Below, piece by piece: positions 28,444-38,683 of a DNA stretch of 64,000 nucleotides. This DNA is from an uncultured delta proteobacterium (GTDB lineage Bacteria; Myxococcota_A; Polyangia; Polyangiales; Polyangiaceae). The stretch's first letter is position 1. The number at the start of each line of letters is the position of its first letter. Below the pieces are notes generated by a model. The model saw only the letters and a list, made by a program, of their open reading frames with translations. It searched no databases and was not told the origin of the DNA. Both the position numbers and the translations under genes were made by a program. The stretch lies in the NCBI GenBank assembly GCA_963716725.1, contig CAVQUB010000011.1, positions 288,001 to 352,000 of the forward strand, given 5' to 3'.

Positions 28444-29802
28444 ATGCCCAGACTCGGCGACAGCGATCCCGACTCCGACACGTCGGGCAGCTGGGTTCCC
28501 GAGCCCGGCACCGTCCTCGCGGGTCGGTACCGGGTCGAGGGGTTGCTCGGTGCGGGCGGCATGGCCGCGGTCGTCAGCGCGATCCAGACCGATCTCGGTC
28601 GGAGGGTCGCCATCAAGCTGTTGCCCCCCCGCGCGGCGAAGAGCGCCCTGGGAATCGAACGCTTCCTGCGGGAGGCCCGCGCGGCAAGCGCCATCGACAG
28701 CGATCACGTAGTCAAGGTTTTCGAGGTGGGACGCCTCGAAGACGGGACGCCGTTCATGGTGATGGAGTTCATCGTCGGGGCGCCGCTATCCCGTGTGGTC
28801 GAACAGCGTGGAGCATTGCCGGTTCAGGAGGCCCTCGACTACGTCTTGCAGGCCGCCGTGGCCGTCGCACATTGCCACGCCATCGGCGTGGTGCACCGGG
28901 ATCTGAAGCCCGAGAACATCATGGTGCTCGAGAACCCCGGGCAACGCGGCCACGTGAAGGTACTCGACTTCGGCATTTCAAAGGCCGACTGGTTCGAGCA
29001 AGACCACACGCCGAGCCTGACGGGAACGAGCGAGGTCTTCGGCACCCCGACCCACATGTCTCCGGAACAGGTCCGAAGCGCGAGAAACGTGGACCACCGC
29101 ACCGACATTTGGTCGCTGGGCGTGGTGCTGTACGAGGTCATGACCGGCAAAGAGCCGTTCATCGCCGAGTCACTGCCGGCGCTCTCGGCCATGATCGTGA
29201 GCGACGAGCCGGTGCCGCCCTCCCACCTGCGCCCCGATCTTCCTGCCGAAGTCGAGCGCCTGATCCTGCGCTGCCTCGCCAAACGCCCCGATCAACGCCC
29301 GCAGAGCGTTCACGACCTCGCGCAAGAGGTCGCGCCCTTCACTTCGCCGACCTCCCGAGTTCATCTGGATCGGATCTTCGCCATCGCGCTGGCCAAACAC
29401 CTCTCGATGAGCACCGGCGCCGCTGGCGTCTCCGGGCCATATCCGTCGCAACGCAATACGTCGAACGCTTGGGGAACGACGCACCAGCGCCGGCTGAAGA
29501 CCCGCAACGGGATCGCCGTCGGCGTCGGTCTCGGCCTGGTGCTCTTCTCCGCGATAAGCGTGGCGATCATCGCAACAGCCTGGTTCCGCGAGCGCCCGCT
29601 CCCCCCGGAGGTCGAGGCGACGCCCGCGTCGGAGGGCGCAGCTCACTTGCCTGCGCCAACCGCTGCGCCTGCGGCGAAGCCCAGCGCCGTAGCCCACGCG
29701 CCCGATCTGCCCGAAGCCGGGGCTCTGCCCGACGCGGCCGCGGCGTCACCCAAGTCCCGGCCCCAGAGTGCCGCCCCGGACCCGCTGGGCGGACGGATGT
29801 GA
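28444..29802 (+). CDS. Membrane-anchored Ser/Thr protein kinase
   Basis: LGAGGM, VAIK, HRDLKPEN, LDFG, GTPTHMSPE, DIWSLG; TM helix near residue 360. Confidence 0.95.
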   Translation: MPRLGDSDPDSDTSGSWVPEPGTVLAGRYRVEGLLGAGGMAAVVSAIQTDLGRRVAIKLLPPRAAKSALGIERFLREARAASAIDSDHVVKVFEVGRLEDGTPFMVMEFIVGAPLSRVVEQRGALPVQEALDYVLQAAVAVAHCHAIGVVHRDLKPENIMVLENPGQRGHVKVLDFGISKADWFEQDHTPSLTGTSEVFGTPTHMSPEQVRSARNVDHRTDIWSLGVVLYEVMTGKEPFIAESLPALSAMIVSDEPVPPSHLRPDLPAEVERLILRCLAKRPDQRPQSVHDLAQEVAPFTSPTSRVHLDRIFAIALAKHLSMSTGAAGVSGPYPSQRNTSNAWGTTHQRRLKTRNGIAVGVGLGLVLFSAISVAIIATAWFRERPLPPEVEATPASEGAAHLPAPTAAPAAKPSAVAHAPDLPEAGALPDAAAASPKSRPQSAAPDPLGGRM

Positions 29803-30812
29803 TGCCGGTGATCCGATCGATCGCTCGAGCGCTTTTCTGCTTCATCGTCGCGTTTCCGTGGGCAGCCCTAGGCGATTCGACGCCGTCGGATCGGGCCGCC
29901 GCGGAGGCCCTGTTCCGGGACGCCAAGAAATTCTTCGCGAAGAAGCAGTACGCGGAGGCCTGTCGCAAGCTCGAAGAGAGCCAGCGGCTCGACCCTCAGG
30001 GCGGGACGCTGCTGAACCTCGCCGTGTGCCACGCACGCGAGGGACGCACCGCGAGCGCCTGGGTCGAGTTCCAGGAGGCGATGGAGCTGGCCAAACAAGC
30101 CAAACGCACGGACCGCATTCGCCTGGCCAAGCGTGAGATCGCGAAGCTGGAGAAGAACCTCGCGCGACTCACCATCGACGTCCCCGCAGAAGCGCGGGTC
30201 AGCGGGCTTTCGATCCAGCGGGGCGGCGAACGCGTCGGCGAAGGAGCCTGGGGGACCGCGGTGCCGGTCGACCCAGGCATCACGCTCACCATCTCCGCCA
30301 GCGCCGAGGGCCATCGGAGCTGGCGCACGGAGGTGAGTGTCTCTCCCGCGGAGCAGAAGACCCTGATCGTGCCGAGGCTCGAGAAATCACCCCCACGACC
30401 GCCCGAGGCGCCGACCGCGAAGCCTGGGCCGGACACCGGCGGCGAGCAGCGCGACGGTTCGTCGCGCATCGCTGCCTACATCGCCGGTGGCGTCGGCGTC
30501 GTCGCCATCGGAGTCGGGACCTACTTCGGAGTGCGCGCGCTCTCGAAGAAGAACTCGGCGGAGAAGCACTGCAACGGCAGCTTGTGCAACCAAGAAGGCC
30601 TCGACCTGAACGACGATGCCGGCCAAGCCGCCACGGTGAGCAACATCGGCTTCGGGGTGGGCATCCTCGCCATCGGAGTCGGGACTTACTTCTTCCTCAC
30701 CTCGGAGCCCGCGCCGGCTGAGAAGCCGCCGGCCGCGAAAAGCGCGGGAGTTCGCCTGGTGCCTTCGATCGGAGCCCGAACTTCGGGTATCCTCGTGACC
30801 GGTCGATGGTGA
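29802..30812 (+). CDS. Exported TPR / PEGA-like protein
   Basis: Signal peptide; AAAEALFRDA..ACRKLEESQRLDP..TLLNLAVC TPR; PVDPG..SAEG PEGA-like; C-terminal Gly-rich hydrophobic segments ending GRW; TGATG coupling to the kinase. Confidence 0.82.
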   Translation: MPVIRSIARALFCFIVAFPWAALGDSTPSDRAAAEALFRDAKKFFAKKQYAEACRKLEESQRLDPQGGTLLNLAVCHAREGRTASAWVEFQEAMELAKQAKRTDRIRLAKREIAKLEKNLARLTIDVPAEARVSGLSIQRGGERVGEGAWGTAVPVDPGITLTISASAEGHRSWRTEVSVSPAEQKTLIVPRLEKSPPRPPEAPTAKPGPDTGGEQRDGSSRIAAYIAGGVGVVAIGVGTYFGVRALSKKNSAEKHCNGSLCNQEGLDLNDDAGQAATVSNIGFGVGILAIGVGTYFFLTSEPAPAEKPPAAKSAGVRLVPSIGARTSGILVTGRW

Positions 30813-32050
30813 GCCACTCCCGCCTCGCTGCGCTTGGGCCGGCTGCGCTCGCCGTCGCTGTCTCGTGCCAGGTCGTGCTGGGCATCGAGGACAAAGAGCT
30901 CGACCCCAAGCTGGGCTCCGGCGGGACCGCCGGGAGCGGGGGCGCCCCCCCCGATGCGAGCGTGGGGCCCAAGGGCTCGGATGCCGTTCCCCCAGCCCGA
31001 CCCGACGGCGACCCGGTCCCCAAAGGCGGTGCGACTCGCTGGTTCGCCGCAAAGACCATCTTCCTCGGCACGCACGATCCCGAAACCAAGCAGCCGGACA
31101 AGACCGCGTGGAAACGCATTGGCCACGACATCGACGGCGAGTGCACGACGCTGGAAATCTCGAAGAGCAATTCATCCGCGAGCTGCAAGCAGCCGAGCGG
31201 CGCGTCGGTGGACTCCCTCGAGGACGGCGATGACTGCCGCGACAACGCCGCGGGACGCCTGGTGGCAGTGGGAACTCAGGTGGTATCCATCAATTTCGAG
31301 CCAGAGCTCCACGCAGGCCTGCTCACCGCCGAAACCGCAACCTACATCCTGCGATTGGACGACCTGTCCGGCGACGCGGACGATCCCTACGTGCGCGGTG
31401 CGCTCTACGTCAGCGTGCCACGCAACCCGCAGTTCGAGAAGCCGCCGAGCTGGGACGGCGCGGACCAGTTCGCCGTCGATGTCCTGTCGGTCGATGCACC
31501 CGGTCCGAGCGACGCCGGCGATTCGGGCGCCAGCGACGGCGGTGCCAGCGACGCGGGGAACGACGGCAGCGCCGTCGAGGCGAGCGCGCCATCGCCCTTC
31601 ATCGACAAGCCCCTGTTCGTCTTCGACAAGGGCTACTTGTCGAAGAACGTCTGGGTCAGCGGCGAACTCGGCAAATCCCCGACGCGCCTGCCGCTCTTCG
31701 TCTTCGACCGCTTGGCGGTCGTCGACACCCTGAGCGTCACGCTGGCCGTCGAGCTCACGCCCAAACACGACCAAACGGTGAGCTCACAGCTGTCGGCGGT
31801 GGTGGGCACGCCCGAGCTGGAAAAGTACTTTCGCCCCATCGCGCTCGAGCTCGTGGGGTGCATCCCGGCGCTGGGCGGCCTGCTCATGGACAGCTACGTG
31901 CTGCCGGCTCGAGACCTCGGCGCTGGGCCAACGCTGATCACGCCAGCCAGTCCGTGTGACTCTCAGAGCCTCGCCTTCGCCTTCGAATGGAAGCCGGTGA
32001 AGCCTCCGGTCACGGTGGCCCTGGGCCCCCAGAAGCCGCCGAAGTGCTGA
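30806..32050 (+). CDS. Myxobacterial lipoprotein of unknown function
   Basis: Lipobox-like AVSC-QVVLGI; Gly linker; WKRIGHDIDGECT...DGDDCRDN motif. Confidence 0.78.
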   Translation: MVSHSRLAALGPAALAVAVSCQVVLGIEDKELDPKLGSGGTAGSGGAPPDASVGPKGSDAVPPARPDGDPVPKGGATRWFAAKTIFLGTHDPETKQPDKTAWKRIGHDIDGECTTLEISKSNSSASCKQPSGASVDSLEDGDDCRDNAAGRLVAVGTQVVSINFEPELHAGLLTAETATYILRLDDLSGDADDPYVRGALYVSVPRNPQFEKPPSWDGADQFAVDVLSVDAPGPSDAGDSGASDGGASDAGNDGSAVEASAPSPFIDKPLFVFDKGYLSKNVWVSGELGKSPTRLPLFVFDRLAVVDTLSVTLAVELTPKHDQTVSSQLSAVVGTPELEKYFRPIALELVGCIPALGGLLMDSYVLPARDLGAGPTLITPASPCDSQSLAFAFEWKPVKPPVTVALGPQKPPKC

Positions 32051-32051
32051 G

Positions 32052-32366
32052 TCAGGCCGCGCTGGCGTTGATCGGCACGATCACCGTCAGCCCCGCGTGT
32101 TCACAGTCGACGACGAGCTGTCGGGCGCTGAGCGTGAACCGCATGCCGACGTAGCGCGCGATTTCGTCCGCAGCGACTCGGAGTTCGGCAGCCGTCGGCA
32201 CGGCGTTCGGCACCGGCTGCACGCGACACCGAGCGCGCGCGAGGCGGTAAGCAGCGATCGCCAGCCCCCCGGTGCTGTCGAGCAGCTGCCGATACAGTCC
32301 ACGGTTTTCTGCCAAGCGCCGCAGCCATTCGGTGGGGCGTTCCAGCTCGTCGGTCGAAATCCTCAT
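32052..32366 (-). CDS. Small hypothetical protein
   Basis: AGGAG RBS before ATG 32366; 104-aa non-repetitive ORF. Confidence 0.65.
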   Translation of the reverse strand: MRISTDELERPTEWLRRLAENRGLYRQLLDSTGGLAIAAYRLARARCRVQPVPNAVPTAAELRVAADEIARYVGMRFTLSARQLVVDCEHAGLTVIVPINASAA

Positions 32367-32603
32367 GGCGCGCGCTCCTGTGGAAATGCCCCTCGACCCG
32401 CGGGAAGGACCCACGGCTCGCCGACACGGGGCCCCACCCGTCCCGCGCAAGCGGCGCGAATCGGGCCCTCTCGTGATGGTCCTGGGCATGCCACAGCCCG
32501 AGCCGGAAGGACAAGTTTTGCTCGCGTGCGCCCCGGCGCGCCCCGATTAAAGGGGCGCGTTCGTCCGCGCGATTGACTGCGCGAGCCGTCGCCTGAAAAA
32601 TGG

Positions 32604-34886
32604 GTGCCAATGTGGTCGCCCACCTGGGTCGGAGAACGCCTTCGCGCCGAAGGCCTCATCACGGCCGCGCAGCTCTCCGCCACGGTGCAGGCCATGCAGC
32701 TCTACAACGAGCGCATGGAGGAGTCGCTGCTGCGCATCGGCGCCATCGACGAGGACCGGCTGCTCCGCTTCGCGGCCGAGCGGTGTCGCACGCAGTTCGT
32801 ATCGACGGCAAAGCTCGCTCGTCTTCAGGTTACTGACCAAGCGATGCGCCTCGTACCCGAGCGCGTGGCGGACAAGCTGCTGGTGTTTCCGGTCCGCTAC
32901 GAACCCGACACCGACACTCTCAGCGTGGTCTCCCCCGACGCCGGAGATCTCGAATACAAGAAACAGCTGTCGATCGCGATCCGCGTGCGCGAGATCAAGT
33001 CTTACATCGCGCGCCCGGCGGCCGTGAAGGCAGCCATCGCCAAATGGTACCGCGGCGAGACCAACCCCTTCGGCACGCTGGGCTCCGACGCCTACATGCT
33101 GGGCAACGCCTTCGAGGAGCCTCGCGCGCCCGCCCGCGCCGAGCCTGCAGGGCGGCACGAAGCGCCGGCGGCCCCGGCGCGGGACGAGTACTTCACGACC
33201 CCGGTGCCGGCTGCGGCCTCGCCGCGCGCCACTCGCCCTCGCGACGAGTACCTTTCTCCCCCCTCACGAGCCGTGTCGCCGCGGGGCCTCGAAGTCCCGC
33301 CGCCGCCACCACCCATGCTCGAGCTGGGCACGCAGCGGACCGAGGCAATGCGGCCACAGACCGCGCGCCCGGCGGCTCCGCCCTTCGGAGCGCCACCGAA
33401 GAACCTCACGCCACCGCCCAACCCCTTCGAAGCGCCGCGACCCGCCAGCACTTTCCCCGAGGCAGAGCCGCGCCGACCGACACGAGAGCCCCCGGCCCCG
33501 AGCGCGCCCCCGTCGGTGCCACCCCCGAACCGCCCTCGATCCTCGCTGTTTCCGGGACCACAGTCCGAGCCCGGCGATCGACGCCTGACGGACCTGGCCG
33601 AGTTGCTCAACGTGCTCGTCACGCTCAACGAGAACACCCGCGACGAGTTCCGCGGCCACTCGGCCTCGGTCTCGCGGCTGAGCAAGACGATGACCGAGCG
33701 CATGGGGCTCGACGAAACCGAGCAGCTGAATGCCACGATCGCGGCGAACCTGCACGACCTCGGCAAGCCGATCTCTTATCACCTGACCGGGCTCAACGTC
33801 GCGCAGTACGACACACACCGTCGCGCCGCGCTCAAGCTCGCGTACACGCCGCAGCGACTGGTCGAAAGCGTCGGTCTCCCCATCGACGCCACCGCTGCCG
33901 TGGGCGCGATGTACGAACGTTTCGACGGGGCGGGCTTTCCCGGGCGCGTCGCCGGCAAGCAGATCCCGCTCGGCGCTCGCGTGCTGTCCCTCTGCGATAC
34001 CTACTCGGATCTCACGCTCAACCCGCGCAACCTGTACCGAAAGGAACTCTCTCACGAAGAGGCGAACAAGGTCCTGACCGAACACGCAGGCACGTTGTTC
34101 GACCCAGACCTGGTGGAGCTCTTGGCTCAGTTGGTCGTGGGTGAAGATCTGCGGCGCCGGCTCGGCGATGACAAACCGCTGGTGCTGATCGTCGAGCCGG
34201 ACGCGGAGGAGGCGACGATCCTCGAGCTGCGCCTGACGGCCCAGGGGTTCGACGTGAAGGTCACGCGCACGGCGGATCAGGCCGTCAAGGCCGCCGAGGC
34301 GGGCAACGTTCGCTTCGTGCTCTCCGAGGTCGAGCTTCAGCCCTTCGACGGCTTCGCTCTGCTGCAGCGACTCCGGCGAGCCGAACAGACCCAAGCGGTG
34401 CCCTTCATCTTCGTCGCGAAGAACTCCGACGCCGCGGCAGTCGATCGGGCCTTCTCCTTGGGCGCGCAGGACTACGTCGTGAAGCCGACCACGGGCGACG
34501 TGCTCGCCGGAAAGCTGCGACGGCTGCAATCGGCCCCCCGCAAGAACAGCTCCGCAAACGTCGCCACCGGGGTCGCGGGCTCGCTCCGTGATCTGGCGCT
34601 TCCCGACCTCATGCAAATCCTCTTCCACGGGAGAAAGAGCGGCAGAGTCAGCGTGAAGGCGTCGGGGCGCGCCGGTGAGCTGCATTTCCAGGAGGGACGC
34701 ATGGTGCACGCCCTACTCGACGAGCTCGCTGGAGAAGAGGCGGTCTACGAGATGCTGACCTTCGACGAAGGAAGCTTCGCTCTCGACCCGGCGTTTCAGG
34801 CGACGACGACGACGATCCAGGCCAGCCCGGAGATGGTCATCCTCGAGGGATTGCGGCGCTTGGACGAGAAGAACCGAGACGCTTGA
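32604..34886 (+). CDS. Multidomain signalling protein: MshEN/GSPII_N, Pro-rich linker, degenerate HD-GYP, pseudo-receiver, DUF4388
   Basis: VGERLRAEGLIT / EESLLRIG; GHS..V, LHDLGK, YERFDGAGFP, IPLGARVLSLCD; REC with LSEV in place of Asp; GSLRDLALPDLMQIL..KSG..FQEG..EGLRRLDE. Confidence 0.85.
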   Translation: MPMWSPTWVGERLRAEGLITAAQLSATVQAMQLYNERMEESLLRIGAIDEDRLLRFAAERCRTQFVSTAKLARLQVTDQAMRLVPERVADKLLVFPVRYEPDTDTLSVVSPDAGDLEYKKQLSIAIRVREIKSYIARPAAVKAAIAKWYRGETNPFGTLGSDAYMLGNAFEEPRAPARAEPAGRHEAPAAPARDEYFTTPVPAAASPRATRPRDEYLSPPSRAVSPRGLEVPPPPPPMLELGTQRTEAMRPQTARPAAPPFGAPPKNLTPPPNPFEAPRPASTFPEAEPRRPTREPPAPSAPPSVPPPNRPRSSLFPGPQSEPGDRRLTDLAELLNVLVTLNENTRDEFRGHSASVSRLSKTMTERMGLDETEQLNATIAANLHDLGKPISYHLTGLNVAQYDTHRRAALKLAYTPQRLVESVGLPIDATAAVGAMYERFDGAGFPGRVAGKQIPLGARVLSLCDTYSDLTLNPRNLYRKELSHEEANKVLTEHAGTLFDPDLVELLAQLVVGEDLRRRLGDDKPLVLIVEPDAEEATILELRLTAQGFDVKVTRTADQAVKAAEAGNVRFVLSEVELQPFDGFALLQRLRRAEQTQAVPFIFVAKNSDAAAVDRAFSLGAQDYVVKPTTGDVLAGKLRRLQSAPRKNSSANVATGVAGSLRDLALPDLMQILFHGRKSGRVSVKASGRAGELHFQEGRMVHALLDELAGEEAVYEMLTFDEGSFALDPAFQATTTTIQASPEMVILEGLRRLDEKNRDA

Positions 34887-34895
34887 GCGACCGGA

Positions 34896-36467
34896 TCAGC
34901 GCGTCCCCTGCATGATGCGCATCAGCGCGGTGAAGATGCCGGCGATGACGAGGGGCCCTGCGACCCAGAGCGGTCGCACGTCACCAACTGCGAATAGCTC
35001 CCCGCTGTACTGCGAGTAGCCGAAGTCCGCCGCCATGATGGCGATGCCCAGGGCAACGAGCTTCAGCGGGCCACGCAGGCGTTCTCTGAGGCGCGCGGTG
35101 CTCGCTCCGGGGACGGCGTCCCTGGCCCCGTAGCGCGACGGAGCCATCCGAACGGGAAGCGCCTGCGGCGACAGCCCGACGCCGTCCATCCGGTTCAGGT
35201 TGGGGTTCGACACCATGCGGTCGGGCGGACCGATGTCATCGTCGAGATCCAAGCTCTTGCCAAAGGCCGAGCCGCCGCGAGCCGGCGCTGACCCCGATTC
35301 GGCCCGCATGAGCGTGATCTTCTCCGGCTGCTGCTCAGCGCGGGGCGCCGCAGGCTTCCTCGCACCCGGGACGGCCAGCTCGAGGTCGGGAACCGCGGAG
35401 GGAGTCGCCGCCGCAAACGCTGCGACCTTGGTCGCTGCGATGGGGTCCGACGCCACCGACACCAGCAGCTCCTGATCGCCAAAGGGGCCCGGCGGCGGCG
35501 CGATTGTGGCGGCTCCTTCGCGGATCCCGGCTGCGCGGTGCAGGTCCGTCCAGAACTGCCCGACGTCCTGGTAGCGGTCTCGCGGATCGATCGCGACGGC
35601 TTTGACGAAGACGCTCTCCACCGCGTCGGACACTTCCACACCCTCGGCGCGCGGGGTGGGCCGTCGGCCCGGATCGATGGCCGACCCCAGAAGGGCCGCC
35701 TGATCACCCTCGAAGGGCGCCCGACCCGTGATGGCGTTGAGCAGCGTGAGCGCCAGCCCCCAGACGTCCGTCCACGAACCGGTTTGACCGAAGCGCTTGG
35801 GCAACCACTGCTCGGGCGAACCGAAGGTCGGCGTGAAGGCGACCAGGCCGTCGCCGTGGGTGGATTGGTGTCCCACCATCTGAGTCGCAACGCTCTTCAC
35901 CTTGCCGATCCCAAAGTCGAGGATCTTGGCGACGCGCTCGCCATGCTGTTCGGCGATGAAGACGTTCTCGGGCTTCATGTCGCGGTGCAGGATGCAGACC
36001 TCGCCACTCGTGCCGGGGAAGTGATGCGCGCGTTCGAGGGCGCGAGCCACCGGCGTCAAGAGGCGCAGCGTCTCTTTCAGGCTCATCGGCGGCTCGAAAC
36101 GCCGACTGCGCTCTTCGATCAACCCGTCGAGAGTCTGGCCTTCGAGCCATTCGAGGGCGATGAAGGGCACGAATCGACTCGTGCCCTCGAGGGTGCCGAC
36201 GTGGAGCGGTCGCACCACGGCCGGCGTCGAGCTCGAGAGTCGAAATAGCAGCTCGCCCTCCTCACGGAAGCGCTCGAGGAACTCCTCGTGGTGTTGCGCT
36301 CCGAGCGAGTCGGGAACCTTGAGGCATTTGAGGGCAACCTGGGCGCGGAACGCGCTGTGGTACGCGCGATAGACCACGGCGAATCCGCCTTCCGCGACCA
36401 CCTCCTGGACTTGATACGCCCCCGCCTGGGTCGTACCGACGATGCCGAATACGTCCACGGCGGCCAT
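34896..36467 (-). CDS. Ser/Thr protein kinase with two C-terminal TM helices
   Basis: AEGGFAVVY, VALK, HRDMKPEN, LDFG, SPEQ, DVWGL. Confidence 0.92.
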   Translation of the reverse strand: MAAVDVFGIVGTTQAGAYQVQEVVAEGGFAVVYRAYHSAFRAQVALKCLKVPDSLGAQHHEEFLERFREEGELLFRLSSSTPAVVRPLHVGTLEGTSRFVPFIALEWLEGQTLDGLIEERSRRFEPPMSLKETLRLLTPVARALERAHHFPGTSGEVCILHRDMKPENVFIAEQHGERVAKILDFGIGKVKSVATQMVGHQSTHGDGLVAFTPTFGSPEQWLPKRFGQTGSWTDVWGLALTLLNAITGRAPFEGDQAALLGSAIDPGRRPTPRAEGVEVSDAVESVFVKAVAIDPRDRYQDVGQFWTDLHRAAGIREGAATIAPPPGPFGDQELLVSVASDPIAATKVAAFAAATPSAVPDLELAVPGARKPAAPRAEQQPEKITLMRAESGSAPARGGSAFGKSLDLDDDIGPPDRMVSNPNLNRMDGVGLSPQALPVRMAPSRYGARDAVPGASTARLRERLRGPLKLVALGIAIMAADFGYSQYSGELFAVGDVRPLWVAGPLVIAGIFTALMRIMQGTR

Positions 36468-36559
36468 CACCGGCCGAAGATAGTGGAGTCGTCCCGGACT
36501 GAGAAGCGCGGAGCGCGAAAAAACGCCTCGATGGCGGCGCCCACGGCTACCATCGCGCC

Positions 36560-38233
36560 ATGTTCGAACTGCCTCCGACCCGAATTCGCGGTCGCGCCCT
36601 CCGGGCCTTGGTCGCGCTCGTGCGCAACACGCCGGCGAAGCACGCGACCGCCCGGGTCTTGCGCCAGCAACTGGGAATCGACGCACTGCGCAGCCTCGGC
36701 CCCGAGGCCCGAGGCGACCTACCCTTCAGCCTGGAGCCTCGCGTGGCGCGAGCGGATCACCGACGCGAGTCCCAACGCCTCGGCACTCCGACCGTGGGAG
36801 ACTGGCCGCGAAGCGTAGACGCCTGCCGCCGCGCACTCTCCGCCCAGCGCGTGACCTCCGAAGAGCTCGTGACGCGCGCCTACGCGGCGGCGACCAGCCT
36901 CGCTGCGAGGACGCCCAGCCTGGGCCCGCTGCTCGACCGGGACGAAGCGCGAGCCCTCGAGGCCGCGCGCGAGAGCGACGCGCGCATCGCAAGAGGCGAA
37001 GTGCGCGGACCGCTCGAGGGCATCCCCATCGCGATCAAGGAGGAGGTCGACGTCGTCGGCCTTCCGACGCGCGTCGGGACCGGGTTCCTGGCGCGCACGC
37101 CCGCCGGCCAAGACTCGGTTCCGGTTCGCCGACTGCGCGAAGCAGGCGCGGTGGTGCTCGGAACCACGCCCATGACCGAATTCGGCATGTCCCCGCTCGG
37201 CGGCAACGTGCACCGCGTCATGCCTCGCAATGCTCATCGAGACGATCGCCTCCCGGGCGGTAGTTCGAGCGGCTCTGGCGTCGCGGTCGCTTGCGGCGTG
37301 GTGCCCATCGCCCTCGGCGCCGACGGGGGCGGCTCGATCCGAATTCCGGCGGCCTACAACGGCGTGTTCGGCATCAAGCCCACCTTCGGTCGGGTGCCGG
37401 TCGTCGGCCACGGCTTGCCCGGCGGCTCGAGCGTGGTCCATCTCGGCCCCATCGGCGCATCGAGCCACGACCTGGCGGTGTTCCTCGAGGCAGCGAGCGG
37501 TCCCGATCCCAGGGACGCTTCCAGCGAGCGTCAGCCCGTGTTCGAGCAGAACGAGTTGGCAGAGGCCATCGGACGCGGCGTTCGCGGATTGCGCATTGGG
37601 GTGGACGAAGACGAGTGGGCCGCTGCCAGCCCGGTGGTTCGCGCCAAGGGTCGCGACGCGCTCGACGCCCTGGAGAAAGAGGGCGCCGTCTTGGTGCCGG
37701 TGAGCATGCTGCTGGCGAAACACGCCTCCGCCATCGGCTATTTGACGATCGGAATCGAGGTCGCGACGAACCTCGCGACCGTTCGCCGCGATCACTTCGA
37801 CGAGCTCGGGCTCGATTTGCAGCTCTTGCTCGCAAACCTGGAGACCTTCCCGCCGGACGGCTACCTCGATGCCCAGCGTCTGCGCGCGGAGCTTCGCCGC
37901 GAAGTGGCTGCGCTGCTCGCCAGTGTGGACGTCTTGGCACTGCCGACCACCGCGAACACGGCACCTGCCACCACCGATGCCGATCTGACGGAAGGCTTCG
38001 TCGATCCCTTGGCGCTGGACGCCGCCTGCCGCTACGCGTTCATCGGAAACCTCACCGGGTGCCCGGCGGGGACGGCGCCGGTCGGCCTCGATGAGAGCGG
38101 TCTGCCCATCGGTCTGCAAATCATCGGCGACGCCTGGGACGAAGCAGCGGTGCTCCAGGTCCTCGGTCACCTCGAGCGAATCGGAGCCGCGCGTGTCGAG
38201 CGGCCGCGCGCCGGGATCGACCTCTTCGGGTGA
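36560..38233 (+). CDS. Amidase signature family protein
   Basis: GIPIAIKE, PGGSSSGS, GADGGGSIRIPA, GLPIGLQ. Confidence 0.94.
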   Translation: MFELPPTRIRGRALRALVALVRNTPAKHATARVLRQQLGIDALRSLGPEARGDLPFSLEPRVARADHRRESQRLGTPTVGDWPRSVDACRRALSAQRVTSEELVTRAYAAATSLAARTPSLGPLLDRDEARALEAARESDARIARGEVRGPLEGIPIAIKEEVDVVGLPTRVGTGFLARTPAGQDSVPVRRLREAGAVVLGTTPMTEFGMSPLGGNVHRVMPRNAHRDDRLPGGSSSGSGVAVACGVVPIALGADGGGSIRIPAAYNGVFGIKPTFGRVPVVGHGLPGGSSVVHLGPIGASSHDLAVFLEAASGPDPRDASSERQPVFEQNELAEAIGRGVRGLRIGVDEDEWAAASPVVRAKGRDALDALEKEGAVLVPVSMLLAKHASAIGYLTIGIEVATNLATVRRDHFDELGLDLQLLLANLETFPPDGYLDAQRLRAELRREVAALLASVDVLALPTTANTAPATTDADLTEGFVDPLALDAACRYAFIGNLTGCPAGTAPVGLDESGLPIGLQIIGDAWDEAAVLQVLGHLERIGAARVERPRAGIDLFG

Positions 38234-38239
38234 CCCGGA

Positions 38240-38551
38240 TCAGATCTGGCCGTTCTTGGCCTTCTCGATCCACTTCTTGATTTCTTCTTCTATGAGACCA
38301 ATGGCCTTGCCCTTGAAGGGACGGAGCAAGAACGGAACGTCGAGATCCAACTCGATGTCACGTTCGTTGACCTCGATCACACCAGCCAGGGAGACCCCCT
38401 TCACCTTGAAGGTGATGTCCGCGTGCTTCTCGGTCGTCCAGCGTGCCTCCGGCTGATACTGAGAAAAGCGCTCTTGGTAGCTGGCGAAGGCAGCGTCGGC
38501 GACCTTCCGGGCCGTGTCGAATCCCAAACCGTGGTGCACGACGTGCTTCAT
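38240..38551 (-). CDS. Polyhydroxyalkanoic-acid-system (PHA_gran_rgn-like) small protein
   Basis: HHGLG..AR, W..ADITF..KG..G.IEV..LDVPFLLRPFKG..EEEI pattern. Confidence 0.7.
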   Translation of the reverse strand: MKHVVHHGLGFDTARKVADAAFASYQERFSQYQPEARWTTEKHADITFKVKGVSLAGVIEVNERDIELDLDVPFLLRPFKGKAIGLIEEEIKKWIEKAKNGQI

Positions 38552-38562
38552 GAGCGGCTGAC

Positions 38563-38683
38563 CTAGAGCATTTTCCCGATCGCTTCAACCTGATCCTGGC
38601 TCGCCCGCCTCGCTCCCTGCGTGCGGTTGCCACAGTCCGAGTACGCCAGGGCGGCAACGCGCCTCCAGCGATCGAAAGCCTAG
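38563..38683. repeat. ~120-bp CTAG-bounded MITE/REP-like palindromic element (degenerate)
   Basis: Left end ctagagcattttcccgatcgct versus right end agcgatcgaaagcctag (imperfect inverted repeat); internal gttgcc/ggcaac stem. Confidence 0.5.
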
